A DNA stretch of 64,000 bases from Takakia lepidozioides (Eukaryota; Plantae; Bryophyta): contig CM060732.1 in the NCBI GenBank assembly GCA_030704615.1, forward strand, positions 78,120,001 through 78,184,000. Reading direction: 5' to 3'. Made by a program: the position numbers and the translations under genes. Positions 1-13,645 of the stretch are shown piece after piece; the stretch's first letter is position 1; the number at the start of each line of letters is the position of its first letter. The notes under the pieces were generated by a model. That model searched no databases. It was not told the origin of the DNA and saw only the letters and a program-made list of their open reading frames with translations.

Positions 1-2134
1 CAAATATCTTTGCTTTTATGACTGTTAAAAAGCAAGTAGGGTTCTTCGTAAAGAGGGAGGTGCTGACAGAGTTCTTGGAAACAAGCAGTAGATGGGAGGG
101 AGTTCCACAACTTGCAAACCGACTTAAAGCGGGCAAGACTTCGATATGGCAAACAGGCCAACACTACCATCACTAACTCCAAAGGGAGCCTGCACCAAGT
201 CTCCTCCTCCGTGTTGCCCCCAGGTCGATTCGGTGACAAAACCTCTCCCATAGTCCTCTTGTGATTCTGACCTTAACCGAGCTATGTGGGGAAGAAAAGA
301 AGGGAAAGAAAGACAGAGTCTTGGGCCTCTGAGATTTATACCCATGAGCCAGACGTTGGTATCATTTCTGTGCTATCAAAAGCCTTCGCTCTTGCTTTTG
401 CTATTCTGTACTGCAACCTTCATTGCTAGCCATCCGATTTGCGGTCTGTACATAGAAACCCTAAAATCCTTGGAAATCCATCCGTGTGCGAGAAAACGGG
501 AGGGCAAGAGCGGGCACAAGCATGAACGTAGGGTTCAGAAAAAGAATCCAGTGATTTCCTAAATTTGTCCCATGAAATCAGTGGACTCTGTCCCTGAACC
601 CCGCACAGATTTTGCGATGCAGGATGTGCTCGATATGCAGAACTCATGTGACATTGGCAAGCTCCAGGGCTTGTGAAGGTGGTGGAAGTTGTTTGTGTCA
701 TGATTGTGGTTGCAGGTTGATTGGATTTTATCGTGCAAGTATTGCATAGGACATTTTTAAGTTGTATAAAGTTGCAGTGATCCAACGCAAGTGTGCAACG
801 TCAGAGGACTTCAGGAAAGTTAACAGACTTAGTGTGAGTCGCACGGGGATTTCTATAAAGGAGACTTACACTAGGGCCCCCGTTCCTTCCACCTGCACAA
901 CACCATACCACACTTTCAGTAATTAGAGCCAGAGAATTTCATTCCTGGCACCATGTGATAGAGATCACCTCGCTCCTTCATACATAGAAAACATACACTT
1001 CACACAGATTCACAAAGCCACTTGACTTTGTAATCTTAGGGTTCCACATGCTATATAAATGGCACCGCTTCCACATTCCGAAGGCATACAGCCGTGCTCC
1101 CAAGTAATTATGCAGCTTGTTCATTACGTTGCAAGTACATCAAAGCGAGCAAAGCTGACGGTACCTCCTCAGCTGTGGCATCAAATAGAGCAACATAGGT
1201 GCTGCACTCTTTGATTAATCCGCTTATGCGATGGCATCTTTGCTCAAGGTCCTCTGTGTGCACTATCCCTCTTTGAATTCAACTTTCTAAGCTTCAATTC
1301 AGTTACAGCGAAAAAAGAGTGCACACAGATCAATCACAATACATATTGTGATGGAGACCACTACTGCAGTTGAAGATGGAAGGGGTTAGGCAATACGATT
1401 TTATTTTTTTTGTTCTATATATATGGTGCCCTTAGTTGTATTAGTAATTATCTGAACCAGTTTTTTCGGGGCTTATCCTTTACCCATTGGGCATGTTTTT
1501 ATACATAACATCTTTGAATTTTTATTTTCCCCCCTTATCAATATAACTTCAACTATGTGTTGTGAGATAGTACCTGAAAACTTAAGTTAGTTTGAGCTTT
1601 AAAAAAGTAAACAAGTATACAGAGAGAAAAAATGAATTGGGGGAAGGATGTAGGAGGTTGGGCTCCGCATTTTGCGGTGAGAGGAACAAGGACTTAGCCG
1701 TTTCAAGGCTAGGCCTTCTTCTGTCTTCTCTCAGACTGCGATCCTTCCCTTCATCCCCTCTAAGGTTCTTCCTACACTTCTCCATCGCCCTCCGCCTTCT
1801 GGGCAATCTCATCGGGCTTTCTTCATCGACCTCTTAAAATAGAAAGAAGAGGTCATGGCTAGGCCTGCTTCCGGATGATTGCGTGCTCAGCATGCTGTTC
1901 CTTCTCTTGCTAGCCATTCATTCCTACCTCTGCCACCTCTTGATGCAGGCGCGCTCAGCAGGGTGTTCTCATCTCAAGCGCTCGACATTTGATGCACTTG
2001 CGGCGCTATTCATTCTTCTCTGCAACTAAGATTAATGCCTACGGCAGAGTTTCGCGCCACTGTCTCTGGATGGGCCCTCGGATGTAACTGTCTGGCACCT
2101 TACCTGCATTGCTTCTCTCTCTTTTTCTCTCCTC

Positions 2135-3711
2135 TTGGCTCTCCTGTCTGTTTCGGCATTTTCGCAGCTTGGAAGGGTTACAATAGTGCTGCTGCTCCTT
2201 CTTCTGTGGTGCCGTTCTCTCCGAACCCAAGTATCTATGGCTTACATTCAGGCTGCTGCCCAGGGATTTGGCCCTAGGAGGGATAACAGGAGACATGAAA
2301 GGGGCAGGCACCCAGGGAAAAGACCTGCGCCCGGGCCAGGCCTGCTCGGAGTGGGCCCAAGGCCTCATTTTTCCCCGCCTAGACCGCCAACCCAATGGAG
2401 CGAGGCGGCGGCCCCCGTCGATGAATCTCAACCCATTCTGCAGTTGAACATGGGCATCATAAAAGAGCAATCGCAGATGATGTCTGAGCAAGGGATTCTT
2501 CTCTACTTCCCTGGAAGAGTGCGAGACAGAGCCTTTGTAAGGAAATGGGCTTATGAAAACCTGGGAGCGGGAGGAGGCCTTATCTCGCATTTTTGTGTGG
2601 CCCTGGGTAGAAGGTTTTCTCTCTAATGTTCAGCTCTCACAATCAGGTGGAGAAAGCCTTGAGTTTCAACGTCTCCCCATCTCCTCGCCGGGTGGAAGTC
2701 AGAGTCTGACCGCCTTCTGCCTCCAGCTCAGGTCTTTCGCGGGCGTGGAATTACAGGACGCTTCACACCTTCTGGGAGGACAGTCGGTGGCCATTAAAAT
2801 CTCCCCAATCATTTTTGGGTTCCCTGAAGGATCCCCGTCCATTTTGCTCTCAGGAATAAACAAAATTGCCTCAACATGGATCACAAAGAAGGATGCTCTC
2901 TCAGTGACCCCGGGGATGGAGCTTGAGCTAATTCTTAGCAAGATTTGCGAGATATTTGCTTCCTCTCTTCCATTGTTTGATCTTTCATCTGACTCTGCTG
3001 TTTATTTTGGCTCAAGGATCCACCAATCAGATTCCAATAAGAAATTGTTTTTCGTGCAAGTTCTTCCTCTTCTAAGGTTCTCTGATGTGTCCAACTTGCA
3101 GCCAGGAGAGGTGGCACAAAAGTGGTTATATGGAAGCTCGGTTCCTCCGGAGCTCGGAAGTGCATCAGGCAGGCCCTTTATGGAGGCAACCTATGAAGCG
3201 GGCAGAGCCCTGGTAGAGGTTTTCCGCTCATCGTAGAAATACGCTCGCAATAGCGAAAAATCGGCCCCATCGGGATGCCTGGCTATAGACCCTATTCCAT
3301 ACTTCCTTCTGCTTGGCTCCCTTGGATCTTGCTATCCCGTCCCCCCCAGTGGTGAGCTCTGGCTTTCTTCTTATGCCTTTGTTTATTTTTCTAGAAGGCT
3401 GCTCTTCTTCCAAGGGTTGGGTTCTTTCTGCAGAGTCTGCCCCGGAGGTGATTCTTCCAGCTCTTAAATTCCCCCGCTTCTGTACAGCACCTAGGGCTTT
3501 GGGATTCATCTCGCATTTTCTCAACATATCTTTGCAGTCGCTCTTTAAAAGCTCTTCAATTAAAGTTGTAGCCAACCCCTCGTCCGACCCAGGAGCGGAG
3601 ACAGTGAAAGTCACGATCTGGTTTGTGGGTTCTCCGGAAGTCCCCCCCCCCCCCCCCGGGCTTTGCTTGGATACCTTCGAAGCTCTCCCCAAATCCAGGT
3701 TTACAGTTTGA
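2135..3711 (+). pseudogene. LINE ORF1 (DUF4283-like), frameshifted
   Basis: GILLYFPGRVRDRAFVRKWAYENLG...ALGR, then FSLMFSSHNQVEKAL in a shifted frame, resembles the plant L1 ORF1 N-terminal domain. It lies directly upstream of ORF2. No CCHC knuckle was seen. Confidence 0.55.
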
Positions 3712-3771
3712 GGTCACCCATCTTCAGCCATCAAATCATGACAAGCTCACGGGCTTCAAAGTGCTTCTTAC

Positions 3772-6700
3772 ATGAGCTGGGACCTGCATTCTTGGAATAT
3801 TAGGGGTATCGGATCAGAGGCATCCGTCCCCAAGGAGCTAGGATTAGGCAATGGGCCTCGATTTATCTCTCTTCTAATTCTATCATTTTCCTTCAGGAGC
3901 ATAAGTTGGATGCAAGGAAGATTGCATCGCTTGGGCCATCAATTTGGCCGGCAGCCTCGTCTTGGTGGAATCCCACCGTGATAGACTCCAGATGGGGCAC
4001 GGCCATATTGATTGCCCCGTCCTTATTGTCTAAATTTATCAAGGTGGAGTCTTGGATTTTAGGTAGAGTGCAATGTGCCTTCACCTCTCAAGATTCTATA
4101 TTTCCTTCTACAACCTTTATAAATATTTACGCTCCTAATTCTACCTCTGACCGCTCCCAGTTATGGTTAGACATCCATGCTAGGATATTAAGCAACTTCC
4201 AGGTGACCAACTGGATTTTGGTTGGTGATTTCAACATGGTGGAACAAATGGTGGACAGGCTGGGCTCCTCTGCGCAATCGCTTTCTCCGGAAGAGCAGTC
4301 AGCCTGGGACAGGCTTACCTTTTCAGTAGGTCTCTCAGACAGCTTCATCCCTACCAGATCCTCTCTCAGATTCACATGGAGTAACAATAGAGCCCCCCCG
4401 GACTTGTCTATGGTCAGATTGGATAGGTCTTACTGCTCTCCGCTGGTTGCCTCTTGGATTAAAGAGGGTCCACTCATATTGCCAGATTTTGACCATGCTC
4501 TCTTGTTCCTAAAGCTTACTCCCCCAAGGACCCATCAAAGGGGAAGAGGTTTCTTTAAACTGAATCCGAGTCTCCTTCGATCCCCAGAAGTGATTCAGCA
4601 ACTTGCTGCAGTATGGAAAGATGCGGGTAACCAATTCACTTCTCCATCCGTTAGATTTCTTCATAAGTTGGCTGGCACAATGAAGGTAGCTCAATCTTTG
4701 GCCAGGCAAGCAGCCATGGATAGGGATCGTAAGGAAAAGGCCCTTATCAAAACCATCTCTCACTGTCAATGGCTGATATAGTCTAAGTTGGTGGGGCCCT
4801 TGACCCATCAATCTCTCGCTACGGCAAAACGAGACTTGGCAGAGCTGCGTGCAATCAAAGAAGACAATATCTGTAGGAAAGCTAGTATAAATTGGTCTCT
4901 AAAAGGTGAAAAAATGTCGGCCTATTTTTTCCATAAATCTAGGCAGCGTCAGGCTTCTACATCTATTTCCTCATTACGAGATCAATCCAACGAGCTTCAT
5001 GTTAATCCAAAGGCAATGGCTGGGGTGGCAGCACAGTATTTCTCAAATCTCTTTGCTCGTCCTCCAGCCTCTGAACTCCCTCATCAGCAGATGTGCTGTT
5101 CTGGATTTTGTCCCCTCTATCCTCACTCACCAGGACAATGCCAAGCTTAATGATCCCTTCTCAGAAATGGAGCTCATGCTAGCCTTAGAAAATCTGGCTT
5201 CTCTCAAATCCCCGGGTTTGGACGGCCTTCCGGTTGAATTCTTCAAACACCTCTGGTCTACAGTCTCGAAAGATTTCCTTCTTATGGCTAATGGCAAGCT
5301 GGCCAAGGGCATTATGCCTTCCCAGCTATCTCAAAGGGTAATTGCTTTGATTTTCAAAAAAAAAAATCGTGACTTGATTACCAACTACAGGCCCATTACG
5401 TTGCTTAATTCTTCTTACAAGATCATAGCCAAGGCTCTCGCCATGAGGCTTCAGCCCTTTTTGCCCAGGCTGGTTCGCAGATTGGGGTTATGCAAAATAG
5501 AACGATCCTAGACAATGTTCTTCTGGCGATTGAAGCTCTTCATTTGGCCCACATTTCGGACCGGCCTCTAGCAGTTCTAATGTTGGATTTTGAAAAGCCT
5601 TCGACAACATTGATTGGGCTCTTCTCCTAGGGGTCATTTAGAAGCTAGGATTCGAAGGGAATTTCGTGTCCTGGATAAAAATCCTTCTCTACTCGGCCTC
5701 TAGTAAAGTTCAAGTCAATGGAGTTCTATCCAAATCATTTCAATTACACAGGTCAGTAAGGCAGGGGTGCCCTCTATCCCCCTTCCTCTTTCTCATCGCA
5801 GCGGATGCCCTCGGTCACTTGCTTGCTGCCAACACCTCCTTGCAATGGTTAAAAATCCCAAGATCTTTACCCTCTCATGCCTCTGTCAAGAACTCCTTAT
5901 ACGCTGACGACACTGTCTTATTTATTGACAACTCTACGCAAGCGAACGTCTCAGCCATCCTTCTGGCTCTAAAGACCTTCTGCCTTGCATCAGGGTTACG
6001 GATAAATTGGTCCAAGACAGTAGCTATTCTCTCCAAGCTTTCCATCCAGGCGGGGGCATCGCATATCGCGCCTTGGGGGGAGGATCTGGGTCTTCGTTGG
6101 CTTCAAGATGGAGAAGCCCATAATCTTTTGGGGCACCTAGTGGGTCATGATCTCACAGATCTGCAGAGATGCGAGGCGGTTCTGGCCAAAATCAAGACGA
6201 AAATGGGCCATTGGTGCTCCATTCATTTGTCTATAGCTGGGTGGGCTTTGGTGGCTAACCAGGTAATCCAATCCTCCTCATGGTTTTCCTCGGCTGTCTG
6301 GTCCCCTGGCTCAAAGATTATCTCGCAGATTAAATCCATGACTCGCAACTTCATATGGGGGGCCCCGGGCCCGGCTATGCCAAACAGAAGAAGCTTAGTG
6401 AGCTGGGCCCAGATCTCTCAAAAGAAATAAAACGGGGGCTTGGGGGTTCTGGACTCTCAATCTCATATCCTTGCCTTATTGGCTAAATGGGTGCCTAGGG
6501 TTTTGACTCATCTTTCATCTCCGTGGAGCCTTGTTGTAAGATGTCATATTCTGGACTCGGGGCTTCTAGCGGCTTACTGGCCAAAGTCTTTGAGATGGAT
6601 AACCCAGGGTAACCGTTCCTCCCGTGCCTTCTTCAAAGGCGTGGCAGTCAATCTGGGCTACCTGGATTAAAATGAGGCCCAATCTTTACCAGTCCACCCC

Positions 6701-7920
6701 TAAGACAAGGGAAGAAGCCATGAGGCAGCCTCTTTTTGGAAATCTCAATGCTGACTCTGACTCCTTAATTACCTGCTCTAAAAAATGGGCATCCTGGGAG
6801 AAGGCAGGGATTGTCAGCTTCCTCCACATTTGGGAATCAGGGTCCATTCTTCCTAGAGCCATAGCCACCAGCAATCTTTCACCTAGGAAGGCTGCATGCT
6901 GGGATCAGGTTATCAATAACATTGCTCAATTGTGGATTTCGCTTTGTTCTTTTCCTTCCAATATCAGGGCTCTGCCAGTTTGGCTGGGGGGGGGACAGTG
7001 GCACTGCTTCTAAGTTTGCACTTTATGCAATCCACAAAATAGGGAATCAGATCTCTGGTTGGCAATTTCAAGTTCAACCTGATGGTACCCTGACTTCCCC
7101 AGTGTGGTCTCACTTACTAGAATCGGATATGTACGTCATTAGAGTTTACTGCAAAGACTCTGGGAAATGTGATCCAATTCCTCCTTTGAATATGCAACAT
7201 TATTTCGGATCTTTCTACTGGTTTCTTACTGCCTCTTTGCATTTGCTGCAATTCAACCCGGCAGAATGGAACTGGATGTCTAAAAAACATGATCCTTTCC
7301 TGGGATACAGGGTCAAGCTGGGCTACTCTTTATTAAGACCTCCGGTTACTTTTGAGGCCAAATGGAATGCCAAGTGGGGACATCTACCCACTCTCCCCCT
7401 TAATTGGCAACAAAACTGAAAGGATGTTTGGAGAAAGGATAGACAGGCCAAAATCTCGGGATTTCTCTAGAAGCTAGTCAACAGAATTTTGCCGGTCCTT
7501 CAAGTCATTCCAGATGCTCCTGACCAATGTCATGTGTGCAACCTGGGTCTCTCGGAATCACTGGACCACTGTTTGGTTGAATGCCCCTTCGCCGGTTTGA
7601 TCTGGAACCGTATCAGATTGTTTTACTTGGCCTGGGTCCCGTCCATTCCCATGCAGTCTTCCTTAATCTTGCTAAACCTTCACGAAGGATCAATCTGGTC
7701 TAATTGCCCGGTATGGGCCTGTCTTCGAGCGCACTCGCTCTGGAATGTATGGAAAAGCAGATGTTTTTGAGTGTTGGGGGGGTCTCAGCCCAGTGTGCAG
7801 AAGGTTTTCTTCTTGATCCACTCAAATTTAATGACAGAAGTGAGAAAGGCCTAGAATGTTCTCTGTGTAGCTACTTCTTGATGTGCGCAATGAAGGAGAC
7901 AACAGCTTTTCACTGGCTTT
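3772..7920 (+). pseudogene. LINE ORF2 (APE endonuclease - reverse transcriptase - zf-RVT), multiple frameshifts and stops
   Basis: Endonuclease motifs SWNIRG, IIFLQEHK, INIYAPN, LVGDFN, FTW, RLDR. RT motifs KSPGLDG, YRPITLLN, RQGCPLSP, YADD. Zinc finger CHVC...ESLDHCLVEC. Confidence 0.93.
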
Positions 7921-9028
7921 GATAACACTTGGGGGAAAGGGAACATCATCTGCACAAGGACATCAGACTCATCGATTGTTTGGAACGACAGCATCCCGCC
8001 ATGTTGGCAGCTCCACTAGCGCCCAACTATCTATGGAGCAGGAAGAATCAGATAGGAATTGGAGGCATAAGAGAACCTCTAGAAAGGGCAAATCCAAAGC
8101 CCACCTCTCGTTTGAATCCTCTGGATGCAGAATCAATGAGCCTCTGTAGTCTTGTCTCGCTGCTATGGACCTACTCATCCCTAGTCTCCTGCAGCCTCTT
8201 TCAGATTTGACCACGGGGCAGTGTCTCCTTTATCATCCTTATGGTTGTTTTTCTTGAGGTTATTTTTTCCTCAGTTTTATTAATAAAATTTGTCAGGGCT
8301 CCCCTGTTCAATAAATAATAATAATAATAATAATAATGTCTAATATTAATATGTAATAAATATATTATTATATTGGCCCGATTTTATTTACTGGAACCAA
8401 TCTTTATGCTTGCAATCTTTTGCTTGGTTTTTCTTCCTCTTTCCAATGCCGTATGATGCATGTGGGGCTCAAACACACCCGTATACATACCACCAGGCTA
8501 GTACGTGAATTCAATTTCAGACCTGCTCCTACCTAGAATCCGGGTATGTCCCACATGGCAATACTCCTAACCAGTCACAAGCCCTACCCACGCCATTGTG
8601 GATCTACACTGGCTTGGCCTTAGAGGTCCATTGGGCTTACTAGGACCAGTCTGGTATGTCCGTTTCTAGTACAACACTAGCTACAACCAAATTTTCCAAC
8701 TGCATTTACATTTCTAACAACATGGCGCACCTTCTCACATTGAAACTAGTAAATTTTCTCAAATTCTCCTACACGTAGATTTTTTAGAAAACTCATGTGT
8801 AATGCAATGGGAGCACGGGGCCATGTAGAGTTGACTGTCTACGTGATGAGACATAATTGGTCCATAGTTGGGCTTACTCGGTTGATAACATTTGTAAATT
8901 CAACATTGGATCTAGGATTTGTTTTGACCAGGCTCATTATTGAAGTGCATTCCACACCCTCACAAGAGGGATTGAGTAAATATCTCATTATCAATCGGTC
9001 AATTTTTGGGGCCTAGAGTTTTTGGGGC

Positions 9029-9265
9029 CTAGAGTTCCCGCAAAGCGGGGACGGGCCTTCCTATGGTTAATCATACCTCGGATCACCTTGAATCGCCAAG
9101 CTATGGAAATCATTTAATTTTATTTCTAATAATAATAATAATAATTAAAAAAAACATTCTAACCTCCCCTCAAATATATATAAATATATTTAGCCGGAGC
9201 TAGCGTAAATAAGAGCGTCTTACTTTTGTAGGTACTGCCCCCTTTCGGGAGTGGGCTCTATCAGA
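9029..9265 (-). repeat. Short dispersed structured repeat (Helentron/HINE-like or SINE-like), homologous to 59287-59380
   Basis: The minus strand begins ATAGAGCCCACTCCCGAAAGGGGGCAGTA..., aligning over ~60 nt with 59287-59350. It continues with an (ATT)n tract and ends in hairpin CCCGC-TTT-GCGGG followed by CTAG. Confidence 0.5.
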
Positions 9266-9831
9266 ACTAGAACCAATTACGTAGTGACAAGCGAGGGTTG
9301 ATATCGCGTGAGCACAACCCACGGTCATGGGAGTTTTATGATTTTTTAACCTCGGTCATAGGAGTTATATGTTTTCAGAATGGAATAAAACCATAAGCGG
9401 ATATAGAGGACTGGTGCATTTATACGGTACATCTGCACCAATAAGGCGAAACCTTCAATAGTGTAGCTAGAAACCCTCTATAGCGGCGACGATGAGTTTC
9501 GCATTGAGAAATACTTGGTGTGGGCACAAACCTAATCAGCGGTGGGTTTCGCATTGAGGAAAGAGAACCTCAAAATATCAATATGCAAAAATTCTAATGC
9601 TATCGAAATGTAATGCTAAGTAGAACTCGAAAAATGTATTTGTTTCCTTGTCCGAAAATAACATCAAACAGATAGGCTTCTCATTGGGTCTTGAATGCGG
9701 GCACGTGCGGTTGTGGGGGCCCGCGGGTGGCACAGGTGGGCGGACCCTACCTGGCGGGTGTCAGTCTGCTCGGGTGAGCCGCCCCGGGACGTGCGCAGGG
9801 GAAGCCAGAGGGGGAGTGAGTCTGTTGGGCT

Positions 9832-11550
9832 TCTAACGGTGTTTTTGTTCAAAAACCTACATGCATTTGGAACAATAAGGAGAGATACTAACTGATGAAT
9901 TTGAACTCTTTCGCCTTGACAAAAGACTTTCTCAACACAAAAGTCTCGTCTAACATTGTTTTTGTTCAAAAGTATGCAAAATAGACTGCATGCTTTTGAA
10001 CCAATATGGAGGGATATGAGTTGAGGGATGTGAATTTATTCGTCTGCACAAGAGTTTCTCAACACGAAACTCTTCTTTGACAATGTTTTTGTTCAAAAAT
10101 CTGCATGCTTTTAAACCAATATGGAGGCATATGGAATGAAGAATTTGAATTGCTTCGCCATAACAAAAGAGTTTCTCAACACGAAACTATTCTGTGACAG
10201 TGTTTTTGTTAAAAAATCTGCATGCTTTTGAACCAATATGGAGGGATATGGACTGAATTGCTTTGCCATAACAAAAGAGTTTCTCAACACGAAACTTTAG
10301 TGTGACAATGATTGTGTTCAAAATCCTGCACCCTTTTGAAGCAATACTGAGGGAGATAAACTGAGGCATTTGAATTTCTTCACCGTGACAAAAGAGTTTT
10401 TCAACATGATACTCTTCTGTGATAGTGTTTTTGTTAAAAAACTTGCATGTTTGTTTAACAAATATGGAGGGATGAGAACTGAGGGATGTGAACTTATTCA
10501 CCTGTACAAGAGTTCCTCAACACGAAACTCTTCTCTGATAATGTTTTTGTTCAAAAATCTACATGCTTTTGAACCAATATGGAGGGATATAGACTGAGGG
10601 ATTTAAATTGCTTCGCCATAACAAAAGAGTTTCTCAACATGAAACTCTTCGTTGACAGTGTTTTTGTTCGAAAACCTACATGCTTTTGAACCAATATGGA
10701 GGGATATGGACTTAGGGATTTGAATTGCTTTGCCATAATAAAAGAGTTTCTCAACACGAAACTTTCTCTGACAGTGTTTTACGAAACTTTTGTTTAACAG
10801 TGTTCATATTCAAAAACCTGCATACATTTGAACTAATGTGGAGGAATATGAACTGGGGGATATAAACTGCTCGCTATAACAAAAGAATTTTTCAACACGA
10901 AATTCTAGTCTGACAATGATTTGTTCAAAAAAACTTCATCCTCTTGAACAAATTTGGAGAGATATAAACTGAGAGATTTGAACTTTTTGCCGTGACAAAA
11001 GAGTTTTTCAACATGAAACACTTGTCATATTTGTTAGAAAACCCTCCAGGCTTTTGAAACAATATGGAGGGATATGAACTAAGGGATTTGAACTCCTTTG
11101 CCGTAACACAAGAGTTTTTCAACACAAAACTCTTGTCTGACAGGGATTTTGTTCGAAAATCTGCATTATTTCCTCAACACGGAACTCTTGTATAAAAGTG
11201 TTTTTGAGGGATATGAACTGAGGGATTTGAACTGAGGGATTTGAACTGTTTGGCCATAACAAAAGAGTATTTCAACATAAAACTCTTGTTTGACAGTGTA
11301 TTTGTTCAAAAACCAACATGCTTTTGAGACAATATGGAGGATATGAATCGAGGGAATTGAACTGCTTTCCTGTAATAAAAGAGTTTCTCAACAAGAAACT
11401 CATATGTGACATTGTTTTTGTTCAAAAACTTGCATGTTGTTGAAGCAATATTGAGCGATATCAACTTAGGGATTTGAACTGCTTCGTTGTAACAAATGAG
11501 TTTTTCAACACGAAACTCTTGTCTGACAGTGTATTTGTTAAAAAACATGT
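9832..11550. repeat. Tandem repeat array, ~117-bp unit, ~15 diverged copies
   Basis: The unit AACACGAAACTCTT...GTGTTTTTGTTCAAAAA...GAACCAATATGGAGGGATATG...ACAAAAGAGTTTCTC recurs near 10061, 10178, 10285, 10403, 10519, 10635, 10753 ... 11508. Confidence 0.92.
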
Positions 11551-11951
11551 GCGATTTTCTCTAGGCATCTCAAGAATATTTTTTGTATTTTTTCATGTTG
11601 TGAGTATCCTAAGTGCACGCTACCCAACCTCTCTTCAGGGACCAGAGTTTCGCACTGCAAACGCATATCTCAATATGTATAATTGTTAGGGGAGAGGGTT
11701 TCGCTCTGCAAAAATATACATGGGTAGGGCCTTTGAAAGTGACATATTCATCATTTCAGCTACAATGTGATTTCTTTTCAGGCTGGTTGGTACAGAGTTT
11801 CGCCGTGCAAAATTATCCATGGGTGATGATTTTAAATTTAATGTTAGGCCTCAACGCCCACTCTCATGTCTGTTATAAAAAGGGCATGATATCGTGTGAA
11901 CATAACATGGAAAAACCACACTTATAGGGTAACATGTTCATCAGGTATAGG

Positions 11952-12565
11952 TGTTACGGACATAGCCTAGAAGATACCAGGAGTAAATACCAGAAGTTAT
12001 CAAGTTACTATGTTACTGGAAGTTACTATGACTTACCGTGATTTACCATGATCTACCACTACTTACCAAGTTACCGGGAGTTTACCAGATTACCAAGAGT
12101 AACTTGGGAAACTACTCAGGAAGCTTCCTTTGGAATAAACTTCTCCATCAAGATACCTCATTTGTTTAAGGAAGCTTCTCCATCAAGAAACCTTTGTTTA
12201 ATCTTGGAAACTTCTCCAGCAAGTAAGCTTCCTTGAATAACTTCTCCCAGTATAAGGAATCCATAGGAGGCAGAGATCTCCTAGGGACACTCTTCAGTCT
12301 TCAGCCCAACACAGTTCATGCTACTCTTGTTTCCGGTTCCAGTACTCTAGCCCAGTTTCCAGTATCTGGTACTCCAGTCCAGTTTCCAGCATTCCAGTAT
12401 TCAAGTCGTGTTCCAATATCTTGTACTCTTGTTCATTGTTATAAAGATCGTTTTGATTCATATTTACTCATCGTGCATTCGGCCACGCCGACCTTGACTT
12501 CTTGTCTAGCTTTGTACCTCTAGTTTTATGTCTTGTTGTGTTAAGTCATGTTATCGTCCTTGACA
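11952..12565 (+). repeat. 5' LTR of Gypsy element
   Basis: TGTTACGGACATAGCC...CCTTGACA, a direct repeat of 17738-18337. Confidence 0.95.
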
Positions 12566-12603
12566 GTTTGACGAGACTAAAGTTTGTTCTTTAGTTAGTT
12601 AAG

Positions 12604-13645
12604 ATGGAAGACACATTTGCGGAAATGGTCACTACATTGCAGAGTCTTCAGCTCCAGATGCAAGAACTTCGTACATCTACCGCCCAATTGTAAGCTGATC
12701 AGTCTCAAGATCTTGACAATGCTCTCCACAATTTGCAACAACAAATTTCAGAGTTAAAGGAGTCGAACAATGGATCTTCAACCATACGAGTCTCTACTGC
12801 AACAACTCCTACTGCAACGGTTCATCTTTCACAGATTAAGAGAGAACCAAAGATCAGCATGCTCGAGAAATTTGATGGAACGAAATCAAGATTTCGCGGT
12901 TTTGTTCAACAAGTACGACCGTTCCTTCGACTACATTCACAACGTTACCCCGATGAAGGTATTCAAGTGGGATTCGTGGGCACCCTTCTATGAGGCACTG
13001 CCATATCTTGGTTTGCACCGCTATTAGAAAAAAATTCGCATTTACTATATAATTTTGAAGCATTCATGTCCGAGTTCACTGCAACGTTTGGAGAGAATGA
13101 TAGAGAGAGAGTTGCAGAAACAAAGATGCGAAATCTTCGACAAAGAACACGTTCTGCTTCATTTTATGTTGCCAAATTTCGACAACTTGCGTGCGACCTC
13201 GACTGGAATGAGAAGAGCCTCATTAGTCAGTTTCGATGTGGACTAAAAGATGATGTAAAAAGATTTGTTGCTGACAATGCCAAACGTGAGCACACTGAGT
13301 GAATTCATCACCCAAGTCATTGCATGCGATAATCGTTTGTTCGAAAGACGTCAAGAGAAGCGATTTGGATGGTCGACGACGCATCATGCCACTGCTACTA
13401 CGATATCAAATACAACGATCCATCAGACATCCAGTAGTGATCCTATGCAGATTGATGCTGTCCGATTCAAGCCATTGACGCCACAGAAAAAACAAAGACG
13501 ACACTCGAATGAATTATGCCTTTATTGTGGAGAAGAAGATCACATAACATTAAACTGCCCCAACAAGAGAAGATTCAAAGCTCGGGGCATAACTCAAGTG
13601 TTCGATACGAGGAGGTCGGAAAACGAAGATGTCCAGTCACAGTAG
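12604..13645 (+). pseudogene. Gypsy gag (retrotrans gag domain plus CCHC knuckle), with stops and a frameshift
   Basis: REPKISMLEKFDG, LRQRTRSAS.YVAKFRQLA, GLKDDVK, DPMQID, CLYCGEEDHITLNC. Confidence 0.9.

Larger units (their letters stand above)
1600..8337 (+). mobile_element. L1-clade LINE retrotransposon, near full length, decayed
   Basis: ORF1-like region (2135-3711) followed by ORF2 with endonuclease, RT and C-terminal zinc finger. The 3' end has AATAAA and a (TAA)n tail at 8311-8337. The 5' boundary is approximate and no TSD was found. Confidence 0.9.

Noticed and set aside
1254-1328. miRNA-like hairpin (CTGTGTGCACT / AGTGCACACAG)
   Set aside because: Only 11 bp pair, the stem does not extend, and it matches no miRNA I recognise.
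1-1400. Short ORFs at the window start (also 33078-34560 and 44900-46350)
   Set aside because: No recognisable motifs or consistent exon chain.
2665-3715. Possible inversion within LINE ORF1, suggested by the charged minus-strand ORF 3228-3692
   Set aside because: The plus strand has longer open frames (227 and 132 aa) with ORF1-like residues and the same composition as ORF2. No breakpoints could be defined.
9832-11550. CRISPR-like array or repeat-protein ORFs in the tandem arrays (also 50260-51300)
   Set aside because: Whole units repeat with no unique spacers, the context is eukaryotic, and the ORFs are short by-products of the repeat.
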